DNA from: Rhizodiscina lignyota
Lineage: Eukaryota
Direction: 5' to 3'
DNA: 64,000 nt
NCBI GenBank assembly: GCA_010015805.1
Contig: ML978127.1
Span: forward strand, 434,001 to 498,000
Shown here: piece after piece, positions 48,370-60,555 of the stretch
How the letters are laid out: each line of letters starts with the position of its first letter
How positions within the stretch are numbered: the stretch's first letter is position 1
Made by a program: the position numbers and the translations under genes
The notes under the pieces: generated by a model
Seen by the model: only the letters and a program-made list of their open reading frames with translations
The model's database searches: none
What the model was told of the DNA's origin: nothing

Positions 48370-49917
48370 CTACCAGTTACAAGAGGAAGTGTCCTCCAAC
48401 CCATCAGTGCTGGCTGCTTCAGAGCAAAGCAAGCGGCCCCCGGGACCCTTCCCTGGTGGTGATCTCTCCACTTCAGTCACCATGCTGTATACTAAGATAT
48501 ACGGCATTGTTTGCCCTCCCATGGGAATGTCGCCCAATTTTACATCCGGCGTAACCATTTGGTCGTTGAGTTCGTGGACTCCAGAGTGTGCAGTGTATGT
48601 TCCAAAGTAATGGCCGGAGTTTGGTGTCTTACCAGTGTGGTAGATGACGTGCAACAGCTTGTACTTGAGCGAGAACGCCGCCCTCTGCGCTACCGGCTGC
48701 AGACTTGTCAGGTTGAGCCGGTTGCTTAAGATCACTGGGGAGATGATCTTATTGAGGTTGGCATCAAAGCACCGCAGAGCAACGACTAGGACGTCGGGGG
48801 CGGCAAGCAGTACTTTCTGCCGTTTCGTATCCAGGTTCTTGCTGTTGCAACGGTCGCAAGAGAGCCCCGACAGATCTTCTGCGGCGTACTCATGCTCGAT
48901 GTACTGTTGTACCGAAAGGCCGTGCTTCGGAGCTCTGATCTGGACGATCTGCCCAAATTCATTCTCCGGTTCGGTCTCATGAATCTCGCCGCAGCCTGGG
49001 CATGTCCATGCAGATCGTGAGGTGACGCTGAACAGACCATGGTAGAGGTCCGCATGCAATGGCCGGTTATCCTGGCGCAAATAATCGGCGACGAACAGCA
49101 AGAATTCGTGCGCGTCTTGCTGCCCATAGCGCAACCTACGCTTGTCGGCATCATCCGCAGAAGGGCCCAGTGCTGCAGGCCAGCTGATGTTCACAAATTG
49201 CTGGTCAAACCTGGCCACCGCGCTATCGAGCTGCGGGCGGGCTCCTTTGAAGTACTCGGTCATGACCTGCTTCAAAAGACAGGCCGCGCAAGGACCGCTT
49301 GACGAGCACTCGGGGGAATTGGTGAGGGCCTTGGGGTTGTGTGATGTGATGAACCGCAGGATTTGCGGCGTGTTGATGAGCGCCTGCAGGACAGCTCTAC
49401 GATAGCAATAATTTCGAGGGTTGTGAAGTCCCATCGGCTGTTTATTGCGTGCGAAGGCGGGGACCTTCTTCCAGACGCGGGAGTTTGCTTCACGGACACT
49501 CCTCTCGTGTCGCTCCTGGTGCCTGAACTTGTCCCATCTCTGTTTATGGCCGCGAGTGATCGGTGCCATTTTTTCCCCCTCTGTCTCGAATGTGGCGTCT
49601 GTGGCTTTCGCCCAATTGATCTGGTCCGAAAGGAGAAAATGTAGGGTAAACCGCGATGGAAATGAGTGCGTAGAAAGTAAACCTGAACCAGTCAGGTTAT
49701 TTGCTCTTGAAAGGAAAGCAGATGGGGACGAATGACGGAGAGATGAAAGAGCATGGAGTTGACGGCGCGAAGGGAAGTGCTTCTTCGAAATTATACGCCA
49801 TCTTTTCCTCTTCTTATTGTTACTGGAAGTTATTGTGACCATGGTTGGAGATTCAAAAGTGGCCTTTTGTCGGAGGGACAAAGGTTTCGAAACGGGACTA
49901 TTGTCCGGCCACTTCAT
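48370..49917 (-). CDS. Ubiquitin-specific protease (USP/peptidase C19); true start uncertain (possibly 49569)
   Basis: Cys box GLHNPRNYCYRRAVLQAL, QQDAHEFL, two CxxC pairs, His box HTGKTPNSGHY and LNDQMV. Confidence 0.85.
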   Translation of the reverse strand: MKWPDNSPVSKPLSLRQKATFESPTMVTITSSNNKKRKRWRIISKKHFPSRRQLHALSSLRHSSPSAFLSRANNLTGSGLLSTHSFPSRFTLHFLLSDQINWAKATDATFETEGEKMAPITRGHKQRWDKFRHQERHERSVREANSRVWKKVPAFARNKQPMGLHNPRNYCYRRAVLQALINTPQILRFITSHNPKALTNSPECSSSGPCAACLLKQVMTEYFKGARPQLDSAVARFDQQFVNISWPAALGPSADDADKRRLRYGQQDAHEFLLFVADYLRQDNRPLHADLYHGLFSVTSRSAWTCPGCGEIHETEPENEFGQIVQIRAPKHGLSVQQYIEHEYAAEDLSGLSCDRCNSKNLDTKRQKVLLAAPDVLVVALRCFDANLNKIISPVILSNRLNLTSLQPVAQRAAFSLKYKLLHVIYHTGKTPNSGHYFGTYTAHSGVHELNDQMVTPDVKLGDIPMGGQTMPYILVYSMVTEVERSPPGKGPGGRLLCSEAASTDGLEDTSSCNW

Positions 49918-50512
49918 TTTTTAATAGGGTTCTTTGTAGATGAATGGGTTGGTAGTCTATTGTCGCGAAGACTGAGACAATGGGACAATAGGTGAACGGT
50001 GGGCACCACGGAATAGTTTCGTTCGAGGTTGTATCAATGGCAAGCGCGATGGATGCACTCTTGCACCGCTATTATCGATGATCGTAGACAAGGATGAATA
50101 GTGTATTCGTACGTCGAGAACAAGCAGACAGAGTTGGTAAGGAGCGCGGCGACGTCATGGAGCAAATTTCGGATTCGCAGGATGAAAAAGCGATGCTAGA
50201 TGCAAAGTCGCATATATGAGCCATCAAGTGCTCTCCTATTAGCAAGGGAGCGAAGTTGGATATCCAATTGCCGTTGTGTTATGAGGAAGTGAGGCGCTGA
50301 AATGTTTGTTTTTTTCACAGCAAAACGCCGACCAGGGTTGGAAAGATTAGATCTCCACTTGGCCCAAGCTTCAATCCCGCAGAGCCGCAAGTCGGCGACA
50401 GGGGTGCCACGTGGCGAAGGACTAAGGGACTCTGAGACTCTACCATTCTGTGAGGTCGAAATAGGTAGTGTTGACGACATGACCAAATGCATGGTTATGG
50501 TTAATAGACTGA

Positions 50513-51305
50513 ATGGACGATACTGAGAAGTATGGCCAAGCGTACGAAGCTAAGCATGTCCACGAGGTGTATGAAGAGATTGCCGACCACTTCTCAGGCA
50601 CGCGGTACAAGGTATTGCTCCTCGTCGCTTCTGTCCACCATCAACTGAGCGCTGATAATGAACTAGCCATGGCCGATAGTCGAAAGGTTCCTCCAGTCAC
50701 TGCCAGATGGATCAGTCGGTCTCGACATTGGCTGTGGTAATGGGAAATACCTTCTCGTGAACCGCGATGTCTTCATTATCGCTTCGGACCGCTCGAGCAA
50801 CCTCGTTCGTATCGCGGCAAAACATGCGCCGCATGCTGCTCTTGTCGCGGACACATTGTCACTCCCTCATCGTGCAGGGACGTTTGACTTTGCCATTTCT
50901 ATCGCGATGATCCATCATTTGAGCACGACAGAGCGGCGCGTCGAGGCGATCGCCGGAATACTGGAGCTCCTAATGGCCCAGAACGGCAAAGCGTTGATAT
51001 ATGTTTGGGCGTTGGAGCAGAGGGACAGCAGACGTGGATGGGATAAGGGCGAGGCACAGGATGTGCTGGTGCCGTGGGTATTGAAGGACCAGAAGGGGAA
51101 GCAGTCCAAGGGTAAAGATCGAAAGGAAAACAACAATGATGTAAATGAAAATGACTTGGAGGAAAAGGTTTATCAGAGATACTATCACCTGTTCCGAGAA
51201 GGTGAACTGGAAGATAATATTGTCGCTGCCGGAGGGACTGTCTTGGAGTCAGGGTACGAGAAGGACAATTGGTGGGCTATCGCCGCTCCGGCCAATCACG
51301 ACTGA
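50513..51305 (+). CDS. TRM9: tRNA wobble uridine carboxymethyl methyltransferase (intron 50612-50666)
   Basis: [22 protein letters not shown] after splicing; GLDIGCGNGKY; AISIAMIHHLST; YVWALEQ; YQRYYHLF; YEKDNWW. Confidence 0.92.
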
Positions 51306-51675
51306 AAAGAGTTAATTGAGGAAGAAAGCTCACGGCGGGAGGTGCAGAATATATACACAGTGGCAAGGGGCGCTAAGCATAGCGAACAGCCTCCGACAGC
51401 TCCAGCTGGAAGAGGACATCTGGGAGTGCGTGCGCGTCTCTAATATATTCATCATTGCAAAAAGTCGTTATCACCAAATGAGATACGATATGTTCTTGGA
51501 CGAATCTTTCGTTTTATTGCTGGCGCCACGCTATGCGCTACGAGCTGCTCGTATCCGAGCAGATATGCTGAAAACACGCCATCGCTATGCAAAACTCCAT
51601 TTGAAGAGCCATAGGTATCTGTCTTCGAATATCGTAAACCACCATCGAAGATCTTTGTGAAGAGAAGGCTCCCGT

Positions 51676-53433
51676 CTATATCCGACGTGGGACTTGTGGC
51701 ATCATGGGAATCTCCCAATCTTCGTCATCCGACCCAAGCTCATCCGAATCCCAGTCATCCTCCTCGTCGTTCATCGCTAACTCCACGAAGCGCCGAATTC
51801 CAGGTGCATTGGCATCTGGCGGTCCCACGGGCCGACGATGTGCTCGCTGCACTGCAGCTGGTGCAGGAGGCCGATCCTGGATGCCAGCATTGTTCATGGC
51901 CTGTTGCAGCGCTCCAACCTCTTCATTCTCTTGAGGAGCATTTGCATCCGCCTCCTCAGCGGCAGCAATCGCGGCTTCCCAGCCTCTAGCGCCGTTAAAT
52001 CGCCCATTGCCCACGCCTTCGTCCCCTTCCTCAAGCTCCCATAGGCGCATGTAGCATCCAATCTCCTTCTTATTGAAATGCTGATATGGATTCGATGGGT
52101 CCAGCCAGGAGCTGCACAGGTAGCAGAAGTGCGTGTGGCACTGAAAGCAGTTCATGTGATTGCAACCATGCGTCTTCTGGCAAGGCGACGAGCACGTTGG
52201 GCACGGCGATGTATGCAAGCGAATGTAGTCGAAGCTCGCTTTCTCGTCCGCTGAGATTTCGGCTTCTGACCGTGGCCAGCAGCGCACGTAGTCACCATGC
52301 CAGCTGGCTAGGCACACGCGGCAGAAGGCGAAATTGCAATCTTCACAGATTGCAAGGCGCTCGATGTTGGCAGGATTAGGCTTTGTGTCGTTGGTATTCG
52401 GTGGAACAGGTGCGGACTCGTCTTCAGAATCACTCTCGAAAGCTTCCATGCTGAAAGGGTCCGTAACTTTGGGGTATTTCTTTGATCGAGCTGGTCCCTG
52501 ACACCATTTCCGCGGGCAGTAAATGGTCGACTTATCCGACTCGAGCTTCTTCTTCCGCTTCAGCTCGACATAGCGCTTGACCACCTCTTTGTCCAGTGGG
52601 ATCTGCAGCAGTTCGCTTGGATTAAGTGTGCCCGACTTCTTCCGCCGTCGCCCATTCTCCTTTCCACAGTCTGGGTCAATGCACCTGACACTCGCCACAT
52701 CGCCTTCGCTGATGCAGTTATTGTAGAAATCCTGCAAGCACGGCACACAGAAGACGTGGCCGCACTTCATTAATCGATAGCAGACGGAGCCCTTCTTTGG
52801 TTCCAGGCACACACCGCAGTCGAATGTCTCTGCCTCGAACTTCTTCCTCTTCATCTTAATGTCAAAGTCTAAAAGTTCTATCTTCATCTCTTGCGGGATC
52901 TCTAGCTCTTCGTTCTGTGGTGTGATGAGTTCGAAGCTCGCCTCTGCTTCATTCTGGAGAAAGTCAATGTAAGCGAAAACGACTTGGCCACGTCCATATT
53001 CTTCCCAAAGGTTGTGACCTTCTTTTATGAGCCTTTCTAGCGTCTCTGCTGGGAGCCAGGAGGGGGTCGTCTTGATTTCGAGGTGTGGCGGGCACTCGCT
53101 AGGGTACCCATTTGGGAGTATTATGTGCAGCTGAAGTGGTGGAAGGTGCTCTAGTCGATGGGTGTCAAGTGGAATTTGAGTTAGTGTATCTGATCCACCG
53201 GTAGACTTCGGATTAGAAGCTGGCGGTGTTGGTGGCGCATTCGTTAGATCCGAAGGCGGAGGTGCACCACCGATCGCTGGTGGGAAGAGCACTGCGAGCG
53301 GCGTGGAGGGAGCGACAGGAATGTCGATGGAGGCGGAAAATGGATTCGAAGGGTCGACGACTAGCTCGGGATATATGGCGGTGATGGATGATAGCTCTTC
53401 TTCACGCTCGTCGTCGCCATTTAGATCTGCCAT
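51676..53433 (-). CDS. ITT1: RWD-RING-IBR-RING (RBR) E3 ubiquitin ligase, Itt1/RNF14 type
   Basis: RWD start DEREEELSSITAIYPEL, RING1 CGVC...CGHVFCVPC, IBR, and RING2 CPTC...KTHGCNHMNC. Confidence 0.85.
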   Translation of the reverse strand: MADLNGDDEREEELSSITAIYPELVVDPSNPFSASIDIPVAPSTPLAVLFPPAIGGAPPPSDLTNAPPTPPASNPKSTGGSDTLTQIPLDTHRLEHLPPLQLHIILPNGYPSECPPHLEIKTTPSWLPAETLERLIKEGHNLWEEYGRGQVVFAYIDFLQNEAEASFELITPQNEELEIPQEMKIELLDFDIKMKRKKFEAETFDCGVCLEPKKGSVCYRLMKCGHVFCVPCLQDFYNNCISEGDVASVRCIDPDCGKENGRRRKKSGTLNPSELLQIPLDKEVVKRYVELKRKKKLESDKSTIYCPRKWCQGPARSKKYPKVTDPFSMEAFESDSEDESAPVPPNTNDTKPNPANIERLAICEDCNFAFCRVCLASWHGDYVRCWPRSEAEISADEKASFDYIRLHTSPCPTCSSPCQKTHGCNHMNCFQCHTHFCYLCSSWLDPSNPYQHFNKKEIGCYMRLWELEEGDEGVGNGRFNGARGWEAAIAAAEEADANAPQENEEVGALQQAMNNAGIQDRPPAPAAVQRAHRRPVGPPDANAPGIRRFVELAMNDEEDDWDSDELGSDDEDWEIPMMPQVPRRI

Positions 53434-53732
53434 GAGCATGTGGCGGGGGTTATGATATGTGAAGGTTCCGCTGTTGCTGCCTAAAGCTTGGCTATGGAAG
53501 GAAATAGACAAGGTCGGGTGTCGGAGGCAATACACGGAGGTGTTAAAATGTATAAAAAAGACGCGAAACAGTCATGTTCTGAAGCGTGGACAAGTGAAGT
53601 GACTGGTAGGTGTTGCGGCGGGGAGTCCGTGCGCGTCCCCAAACTTTTTGGACATGGACGTTCCTCGCGGGCGGTGACCTCATTTAGGAGCGCGTCGAGA
53701 GCACATGCAACCGTTCTTCCCACCTTCACGCC

Positions 53733-54523
53733 ATGGACGACCCGCCTCTTGCTTCCCTTTCACTGACTCACGTTCACTATGTGAGTACATATATGGCAAT
53801 TTGGTTACACTTTACTGACTCCGCCTCAGAATCCTGCGGACCGAATAAGTTACCTCTGCGCGTGGCTTGCACTTGTCCCCCAAGCCCTCTGCGTCGTCTA
53901 CGTGACGCTGATATGGAGTACGCGGGAGGCTGAAGTGATTCTTATGTTCGCGGGCCAGATGGCCTGCGAGGCGTTCAATTGGTGCTTAAAGCGGTACATT
54001 AAGGAGGAGCGTCCACGACGTACGGCGCCTTTCTTGGATTTTTTGTTTGCATTGCTGACCTAGCTCCGTAGAGATGAACGGCAAAGGCTATGGCATGCCA
54101 TCCTCGCACGCGCAATTCGTCACCTTCTTCTCCGTCTCGCTTACACTCTTCCTCCTCATACGGCACCAGCCGCAAGCCTCCGCAACTCACACTCCCACGA
54201 CGTTCCTGCAACGCCTTCTCCTGTCGGTCTTGGCCTTGATCTCAGCAGCTGCCGTAGCGCAGAGCAGAATTTACCTCAACTACCACACGCCTAAGCAAGT
54301 GCTTGTGGGCTGTACCGCCGGAGGCATATGTGCTGTTGTTTGGTTCATCATCGTTGCATACTTGCGATATTCTGGATGGGTAAGATGGGGTCTCGACACA
54401 GACTTTGCTCGATATTTTCGCTTCAGGGATCTAGTGCTCACAGAAGACCTTACAGACGCTGGATGGGCGAGGTGGGAGGAGAGACGACGAAGACGTGACA
54501 TTGATGGGAAAAAGCGAACGTGA
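53733..54523 (+). CDS. CAX4: Dolichyl pyrophosphate phosphatase, PAP2 family (introns 53781-53829, 54020-54071)
   Basis: SLSLTHVHYNP after splicing; KRYIKEERP; GYGMPSSH; SRIYLNYHTPKQV. Confidence 0.9.
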
Positions 54524-54875
54524 GGTGAGCCATAGAGACAATAGATCAGTCACGTATGAACTATTAAAACATGCTTTTCATATCGAGTGTCTAACTGTGC
54601 CCACTTCTAAACCCACAGTCGCAGCGTTACGTCGAGAATTATGGTACATGGCCAAAACCCAAACGGGGAGGAATACGCCGACAGACTACAAGATTTGTTG
54701 TCCGTCATAAAGAAAGGAGAAGCTGAGAGAATGACCGCACCATGTCCCACAAATGCCCGATGCCCAGTTTCATTCCGCACGACATCAGACGTACGCTCGA
54801 TCAAACCACGTCCGCAAAAAGAGAAAGATTCCGCCTTCAAATCTCTTCGCCAGAATGTGTAAAATTTTGTGACGC

Positions 54876-57355
54876 TTAATCTGACATCCTCCAAGTGCTG
54901 AACCACTTCAGGTACTTGTACTGCTGGTTCGAGCCCGTCATACCGAAGCAGATGGGGCTGAACAGGATGTAAAGCCCAATCACTATGGCATAGAGGACGG
55001 AGTAGAGTCCCCAAGTGACAGTTGCATTTAGCTTCCTCGTGGAGAAGTCCAAGCAGAAAGCAGCAGTGAGGATCGCGAAGTAGAGCGCCGGATAGTAGTG
55101 ATGGACGTACGTTACACGGGCCATGGCAATGAAGGGATAGTAGTGAAGGAGCCAGCCAATCACTGGGTAGATACCGGCGTAATGGAATTGGTCGATCTCG
55201 TGCTGCTTGAGGTCGGCGAAGCCTCGCTGCCAGCGGACAAGGTACCATGCCACCATGAGAACGATGACACCGAGGGACGCTGTAGAGCCCCAATACACTA
55301 TTGGGTTCCCAAGGAGGAAGTATTTTACGACTTTCAATCTGTTAGCAGAGGAACTCGCAAGCAGTTTTGTTGAATTACTACTTACTGTTGTCATCCCAAC
55401 TGCACATACGGAGACCGACGTGCAGGATTGGCCACTGCCAGAAGTGGGAAGCCAGATCGTCCTGCTTGTCCGGATCTGGAACGAGGGCATTGTTGGAAGT
55501 CATCATAGCGACGTTCAGGTGAATGAAATCACGCAAGAAAGGTGACTTGTACGAGCCTGGATCACCAGCCGGGACTAAATGTAAATCGTTAGCTTGATAT
55601 ATTCTTCAAAAGCGACCTTTTTTTTATGACAATACGTACGCTTCTCGTTCCAGTGGCTCTCGACGTTCCAGTGAGTGAACACATCTCGCGGTTTATTCTC
55701 TTTGGCACAACTGACTTCGATCTGCTTGAAGCCCCATTGTGGTAGGTTCACATTTCCAGCGCGCAAGTAGCAGCCGAGATCCACATGCTTGAGACGGAAG
55801 GCCGAAGTCAAAGTTCGCAGCTTGGAATAATCTCTGGATGCCGCGTCATTGACAACCTCGATTACCCAATGGTCCTTAGTATCGCCAATAGTGGTGTTGC
55901 CGTAGCAAGAGACTTCGTTATCACCCTTAGTTACAGGGGCAGCAATCTGGTGAGAATGCAAGTTGCGTCCAGTCTGAGCGTGGATGAGACGGATAACATC
56001 ACCGTTGCCAACAAATTGAGGCTCGGCAGCTGGATCGTAGTCAGGTTGCTGGCGGTTAGGATAAAAGAACCAATCATTGTTGGCATCCTTGTGATGATAG
56101 CAAGTGATCTGTTGCTGCTGCGAACCTTCTGGATACGTTTGGACGTGAGAATGAAGGAGACCACCACCATACCCCATATTCTTGATCGTCGCGCGGGATC
56201 CTAGAGCGATTTCCAACGGACTGTCTTTGCCGACCTCAGTTCCGCGCAAGTTGGCCTGGAATAAGGAGCTCATCTGTGCATCTCCAGGACCGCTGTTCTC
56301 CAGTACCAGGAAGTGGATATAGAAGGAGAACATGTAGACCATTGTTGGGATCATGATGAGACCAAAGACACGGAATCCTAGATGTGCGGCCAATTCAACC
56401 TTTGGCATCTTGATATCCCCAAACTTGTTCCAGAGATCCTCAGCAGTGTAGAGACCAACGAGAGCCGTGCAGAACAGTCCGACCCATTTAACGCTGCAAA
56501 CGCATCCGATTGATACGCCAGTCAGCATTAACCAGAGGCCCCACTCAGGCGAGAACGGATCGTGCTGCAGCTTGTGGAACTTGGCCCAGCAGAGCATAGT
56601 GGTGAATGTAAAAAACAACAGCATCGAGTCAAGGAGAATGAACCGGCTAATGGTTGTGTAGGAGTTCTCACAGAGGACCGCAAGAGTCACAAGCCACACT
56701 GTTTGTCTCCTGAAGTTCATTTCTTTCGCGGTCCAGTAAGCCAGCGGAACGCACAGCGCACCAAAAGCCGCGTTGAAAACCCGCATAAAGGTATAGTTCA
56801 GCTCGTCCGGGTAGGTTTCGCCAGACTTGAATTCAAACGAGCCATTGTATCCTGCCAGGTATCCCGAGAGTCCAACGAGCATCTTGCCGAGCGGAGGGTG
56901 CACATCGAAATAGAATTCACGCTTCAGGTAGTGCGAACCGAACTTGCCAAAGCTGCAGAGAGAATACGCATTAGTTCGGGATTCAAAGAGGCTTAATGGA
57001 CGAGGGTAACTTACTGAGCTTCGTCCCATGTAACGATGGGAGAAAGACCAATCTTCCACATGCGAGTAAAGAAGGCTAGGAAGGTAAATATTAACGGCGC
57101 AATGATCCATTCGTACTCGTCCAGTATATCAAGCACGGTCTGGGGCTTCTGTACTACCTCGTTAGCCTTCTATTTCCTGGAGTCGCAAATATCTTCCAGC
57201 AAGTCTGAGGCACCACTTCCTACCTTTGTCTTCGGTTTGTCTTCGCCCTCCTGATTGACTCCATTGATATTGACGTCCTGCCGTCCAGGCACATTTCTTT
57301 TCCGCAGTTCATCGCTCTGGTGGTCGGCGCCTGACGCAAATGTTTGTTGCGCCAT
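54876..57355 (-). CDS. PMT2: Dolichyl-phosphate-mannose:protein O-mannosyltransferase, PMT2 subfamily (introns 57149-57223, 56953-57014, 55575-55639, 55331-55385)
   Basis: [14 protein letters not shown] after splicing; [34 protein letters not shown] domains; [14 protein letters not shown]. Confidence 0.93.
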
Positions 57356-58099
57356 GATTGCGGTGCAATCGGTATGTCGAAATGGATTAGATGTGAAGGT
57401 ATAGGTTCTTCGACGCGACGGCTTTCGTTATAGACTTCGCAAAATTGGCCAGTACTTAAGGTGTGTAGTTCGTCAAGTATCGGAACAATCCAAGGTGCTC
57501 CCAGGAGGCTCTGCTCAAAAAGATTCGTGAGAAGGCTCAAAGAGATGATATTAGACTTCCTCAAGGGGACATCTGAAGGGAAGAGGCGAAGCACTCTTGC
57601 TTCGGCAGGTAGTAAGAGGGATGAAAGAGGGTGCGAAGGGAGTCGAAAACGCTCTTGCGAATTGTGAATCCAGCTGTCCTCAAAGATTCGCGAGGACAGG
57701 GCTGGCGCCGCGCGCGCAAGGGGAATCGATACGCGCTAAGCCCTTTGGGGAATTTATTGCCTTTTTTAGAACGTCGCGCAGGCGTGTTAACGTGTCAGGA
57801 GGCAAATCACATGTCGAGCTCGAACAAGTAAGATACATATATGGTATTTCCAGAAGAGGAGCCATTGCCCGCATTTATGCTATATTATTCGCGCTCGTCC
57901 AAGTAGAGCGTGCCCAGAGGCAACAAGCGCGAACCAATCCAGCGGTCTGCTGGTCTCTATCCCTAAAAGCGCCCAAGTAGAAGAACAAGTGGTCGAGAAA
58001 AAAATTGCCCATTGAAGAAGCAAACCGTCCCTGCCCACGGCCGTGTCATAATAAAGGTCGGGGTTGATGCATTGCAAAAGTGTACAATCAAGTGTTGCT

Positions 58100-60555
58100 T
58101 CAGTCCTCGTCGTCCTGCTCTAACCGCCTGTACTTCCCGCTCCCACTTGCAGCGTCGCTTGAATCACCCTTCCCTCTCTTGACCATATTGCTGATCCAAC
58201 CCCCAAGACCTTCGCTTCGATCTCCACTGGCCTGCCTGGTGTATTTCGGCCGTCCCTCTTCGATCTCGACATGCGGTGGATCTATGTCCAGACCCGGGAT
58301 GGCAGCGTCAGCCGCATGAGTCTGTCCTGCGTGAAGATCGAGACTTGTCGGCGAACGGTTGCCGCTGAAAAGAGATTCAACCTCAGCCTGGGTTTGCGGT
58401 GTTGGTGCCACAGACGTTGCGTCACCAAATATGGAATTCATGTCTTCCAGCCGAACATTCGCTGTTTCAGGATAGATGAACCAAACTGAAAGTTATTAGC
58501 GGGAATCGTAGCAGTGCAATCCAACACTCAATACTCACCGACAACAAAACTGACAGCGCAGAAGAACGCATGAAGGAGGTAGAGGCGCCACTGGATGACT
58601 TCCTGGAGGATAGGCGTCAATTCACCTACGAGCCAGTTAAATGCCCAGTTCGACGCGGTACTCAGACTTGCACCTTTGGCTCGAATACTGAGTGGAAGGA
58701 TTTCTGGAGGATAGAGCCATGGTATAGGTCCCCACGATGCACCGAAGGCGGCGTTGTAAATCATGACAAAAATGACAACGAGTGTAGGCGTGAGTCGAAT
58801 CTCGATGTAGACGAAATATGATATGGCGGAGAGGGATATGATCATAGCAACAGCTCCGGAAAGTAGGATGACACGTCGCCCCCATAGATCGACGAGATAC
58901 CAAGGCGGAACCGTGGAGAGAAGATATGTGATGCCATTAATGCCGGTCATGAGGATGGCATCTCGACCCACCCATCCAGCCTGCTCGAACACGAGCGGGG
59001 CATAGTAAGAGATGACATTGATACCGTTCAACTGCGCAAGGGCTTGTGCAGACATGGCGATGAAAACGCGCTTATAGTAGCGTCTGAACATGTCTACATA
59101 TGAGCGCTCTCCCTCTTGCCTCTGGAGGAGAACATTCATCTTGATCTCTCGGTACTCGTCGCGGGCTTTCGGGTTGTGGATGTCGCCTTTGCCATAGAGA
59201 TTAGCAATGACTACAATGCCTTCCTCATCGTGGTCATTGTCAAGGAGCCATCTGAGCAAAGTTAGCGAAAACTTTCGAGAAAAGCTGCCTAACCTACCTT
59301 GGCGATTCACAGATGAGCAGACTGCCCAAGGCCAAAAACGAACCCATGACACATTGCATAAGTAAGGGGACTCTCCACGCCCAGTCACCGTGGATGTAAC
59401 TGCAGAAATAGTCGACCCACACGCTTGCGGCGTATCCAGAGATATTGCCTGTGAATTCGATACATGCCAACTTGCCGCGGTTATGAGGAGGTGAAATTTC
59501 GGATTGGTAGACGGGAACGATAGTCGACAAAGCACCCACTCCCAAACCAGCTATTATACGACCAAGCATCATCATCGGCATTCCGTTAGCGAATGTCTGA
59601 AGTGCTCCACCGACGACAAAGATCATTGATCCGTAAAGGATTGTTTTCCGTCGACCAATTAGATCTCCGATTCTTCCGACGAGCAATGAGGCGATTAAGG
59701 CACCGATTTCGAGAATGGCTACCATTGTACCGATTTCGGCTCGTGAAGGTTGGTTGAAGTAGTCTTTGAAGTACGAACCCCTACACACGTCTGGTAAGCT
59801 TTGCGCTGGAATAATGCCACTGAAAGATCTTACGTTATGATGCCCGACATCACGCCCTGATCATACCCAAATAGAAAGACGCCTAATGATACAAACACGC
59901 TGGTAAAATAACTATGCGTTTTATTAGTTATGGCATCCATATCATCTGTGGTGCTTGACCTACAGCAACTTCTTCCCATGCAGGCCGTGCATACGATTCG
60001 GTCCATCTCGAGGAGCCATTATGAACGCAAGTATCCTCTCGACGCGAGGGATGTGTCTTGGCGGGGGATTTGGGATAGGAATGTCCTCTTTCCTCTTGGG
60101 AACTCCAGGTTGACTCTCTTTCTCGTCTCTGAGATCCTCAGGCCTATATCTGACCTTCTTGGCCTGCTTGTTCCGGCCTTTGGGCTGTCTGGGCCTGAGA
60201 GGATGAGCTGCCTCGTCAAGAGATGGCCGGAGCCTGATACTCAGAGGGTCTTCGGCGTCAGCAAGCTGGTCGACTAAATCTCCAGTCTCTGACCAGATGC
60301 TGAAATCGTCCGAGTCCCGGGAGTCTCTATCAGAGCCGCTCTCAAACCTACGGCACGGCAGCAAATTAGCACATCTGGACCAGATCCATGACAGAGGAGG
60401 AGGACGTACGAAGAGCGACGGGCGTGCCGCTTTTCGCTTGGAGACTCTATCAGCGAGGCACTATCGGAGTCGTTTTGTCTGCCTGAGCTCAGCGAGTGTA
60501 GGGGGATATTGGCGGAGATGCGCGAGGAATTCGGTTTCGAGGGTTGTTGAATAAT
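58100..60555 (-). CDS. Sugar porter family MFS transporter, multi-exon; first in-frame AUG at 60019, proposed non-AUG start near 60555
   Basis: FLFGYDQGVMSG, GDLIGRR, VPVYQSEISP, ESPR, AQLNGINVISYYAP, WGPIPWLYPPEI and YPET. The upstream frame stays open across intron 60348-60409. Confidence 0.85.
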
